NCBI GenBank assembly: GCA_007133565.1
Contig: SLMM01000011.1
Span: forward strand, 1,128 to 65,127
Length of the DNA stretch: 64,000 nt
Source: Bacteroidales bacterium
GTDB taxonomy: Bacteria; Bacteroidota; Bacteroidia; Bacteroidales; PUMT01
Reading direction: 5' to 3'
How positions within the stretch are numbered: position 1 is the first letter of the stretch; every line of letters begins with the position of its first letter. Position numbers and translations under genes: made by a program. The notes under the pieces were generated by a model that did no database searches, had not been told where the DNA came from, and saw only the letters and a program-made list of their open reading frames with translations. Positions 62,990 to 64,000 of this stretch are shown one piece after another.

Positions 62990-63562
62990 ATGGAATACAT
63001 AGTAATAGTACTTTCAGCAATCCTGGTAAACAACATAGTGCTGGCACAGTTCCTGGGACTCTGCCCGTTTTTCGGTGTGTCAAGCAGGATATCGACTGCC
63101 GCCGGAATGGGCGGGGCGGTGCTGTTCGTAATGACCGTTGCCGCCATCGTGACATACCTTATTTCGCACTACATACTTATCCCTTTCGACCTAATCTATC
63201 TCCGCACGATAACTTACATCCTGGTTATATCATCGCTGGTACAGATGGTGGAGATTATCCTCAAAAAGGTGAGTCCTCCGCTATACCAGGCACTCGGCAT
63301 ATTCCTGCCCCTGATGACCACCAACTGTGCAATTCTCGGCGTCGCAATCCTGGTAATACAGAACGAGTACACACTCATGAGCGGCGTTGTATTTGCAGTG
63401 GCACACTCAATAGGCTTCACCCTGGCACTTGTAATCCTCGCAGGAATACGCGAGCAGCTCGAACTGGTCAATGTCCCTGAGGGCATGAAGGGCAACCCCA
63501 TCATACTGGTTGCAGCCGGGCTCCTGGCACTGGCATTCATGGGATTTGCCGGAATTGTATGA
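62990..63562 (+). CDS. rnfA: Rnf electron transport complex subunit A
   Basis: 'NNIVLAQFLGLCPF.GVS' and 'LGIFLPLMTTNCAILGVA'. Confidence 0.92.
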   Translation: MEYIVIVLSAILVNNIVLAQFLGLCPFFGVSSRISTAAGMGGAVLFVMTVAAIVTYLISHYILIPFDLIYLRTITYILVISSLVQMVEIILKKVSPPLYQALGIFLPLMTTNCAILGVAILVIQNEYTLMSGVVFAVAHSIGFTLALVILAGIREQLELVNVPEGMKGNPIILVAAGLLALAFMGFAGIV

Positions 63563-63674
63563 TATTTCACTGAATCAGCCCGGTCCCTTTTTATTATTTC
63601 GCTTTCTCTGCCTTGTTAATAAGTTGACTTGGTTTGAAAAAATCATTACATTTACTCTATAATCCGGAAATTAC

Positions 63675-64000
63675 ATGATAATTAAATCATTAAATGTCGT
63701 CGCATTTGCCCTGATGATAGTCATGAACTACCTTGCAAATGCGCTGCCGCTTGGCGGGAAGACCACCGGCGAGCTGTCGGCCCAGTACCCGAACCTTTTT
63801 GTTCCTGCAGGATTAACCTTTTCAATCTGGGGAGTAATATACCTGATGCTCCTTATTTTCTGCGTTCTTCAATTCACCTCAGGCAAGAAGGAGCTTGTAT
63901 CAGCCATAGGATGGCTGTTTGCCCTCAGCTGTATCCTCAATGCACTGTGGATAGTGGCCTGGCACTATCAATTCCCCGGGCTTTCACTTATCATTATGAT
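63675..64000 (+). CDS. TspO/MBR-related membrane protein, N-terminal part (gene runs off the right edge)
   Basis: Not in the ORF track. My translation from the ATG at 63675 gives MIIKSLNVVAFALMIVMNYLANALPLGGKTTGELSAQYPNLFVPAGLTFSIWGVIYLMLL... and stays open to the window end. Resembles tryptophan-rich-sensory-protein-like families. Confidence 0.5.
   Translation, partial: MIIKSLNVVAFALMIVMNYLANALPLGGKTTGELSAQYPNLFVPAGLTFSIWGVIYLMLLIFCVLQFTSGKKELVSAIGWLFALSCILNALWIVAWHYQFPGLSLIIM

Overview
The window holds about 55 tightly packed protein-coding genes. It looks like a Bacteroidota chromosome. That is an inference from family content (DUF3822, DUF3127, DUF5063, DUF4914, a FISUMP lipoprotein, an RseC-RnfBCDGEA operon), TAnnTTTG-like -7 motifs, and the near absence of Shine-Dalgarno sequences.

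The content is mostly housekeeping:
- Nucleotide-sugar cluster on the minus strand (pgm, rfbD, rfbC, rfbA, UDP-xylose synthase, ugd).
- rpsA, a STAS protein and RNase Z.
- Surface and periplasmic proteins: FISUMP/PKD lipoprotein, putative beta-barrel, S41 peptidase, FKBP, oligopeptidase B.
- Two GH2 glycosidases.
- Tex, Fe-ADH, CbpA, YaaA, RlmI, a DEDD exonuclease, and the helicases RecQ, RecG and a RecD-like enzyme.
- guaB followed by a PPIase/SurA/OstA-like envelope cluster.
- A complete rnf operon.

I found no rRNA, tRNA, CRISPR array, transposase, integrase, prophage or recognisable defence genes. I could not identify a convincing new multi-gene system, and the region reads as core genome.

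The points worth a second look are mainly protein-architecture oddities:
- RnfG has an internally duplicated FMN-binding domain.
- A LacZ-type GH2 has a LamG-like domain inserted in its catalytic barrel.
- A DUF3127 protein ends in an SSB-like DDDLLPF tip.
- A DUF4914 protein carries an HprK/PEPCK-like P-loop.
- A GT4 glycosyltransferase is fused to a large uncharacterised C-terminal domain.
- Ribosomal protein S1 has long low-complexity extensions that include perfect in-frame tandem DNA repeats.
- A few genes have perfect AGGAGG ribosome-binding sites in an otherwise SD-poor context.

All family assignments come from motif recognition by eye. No database search was run.
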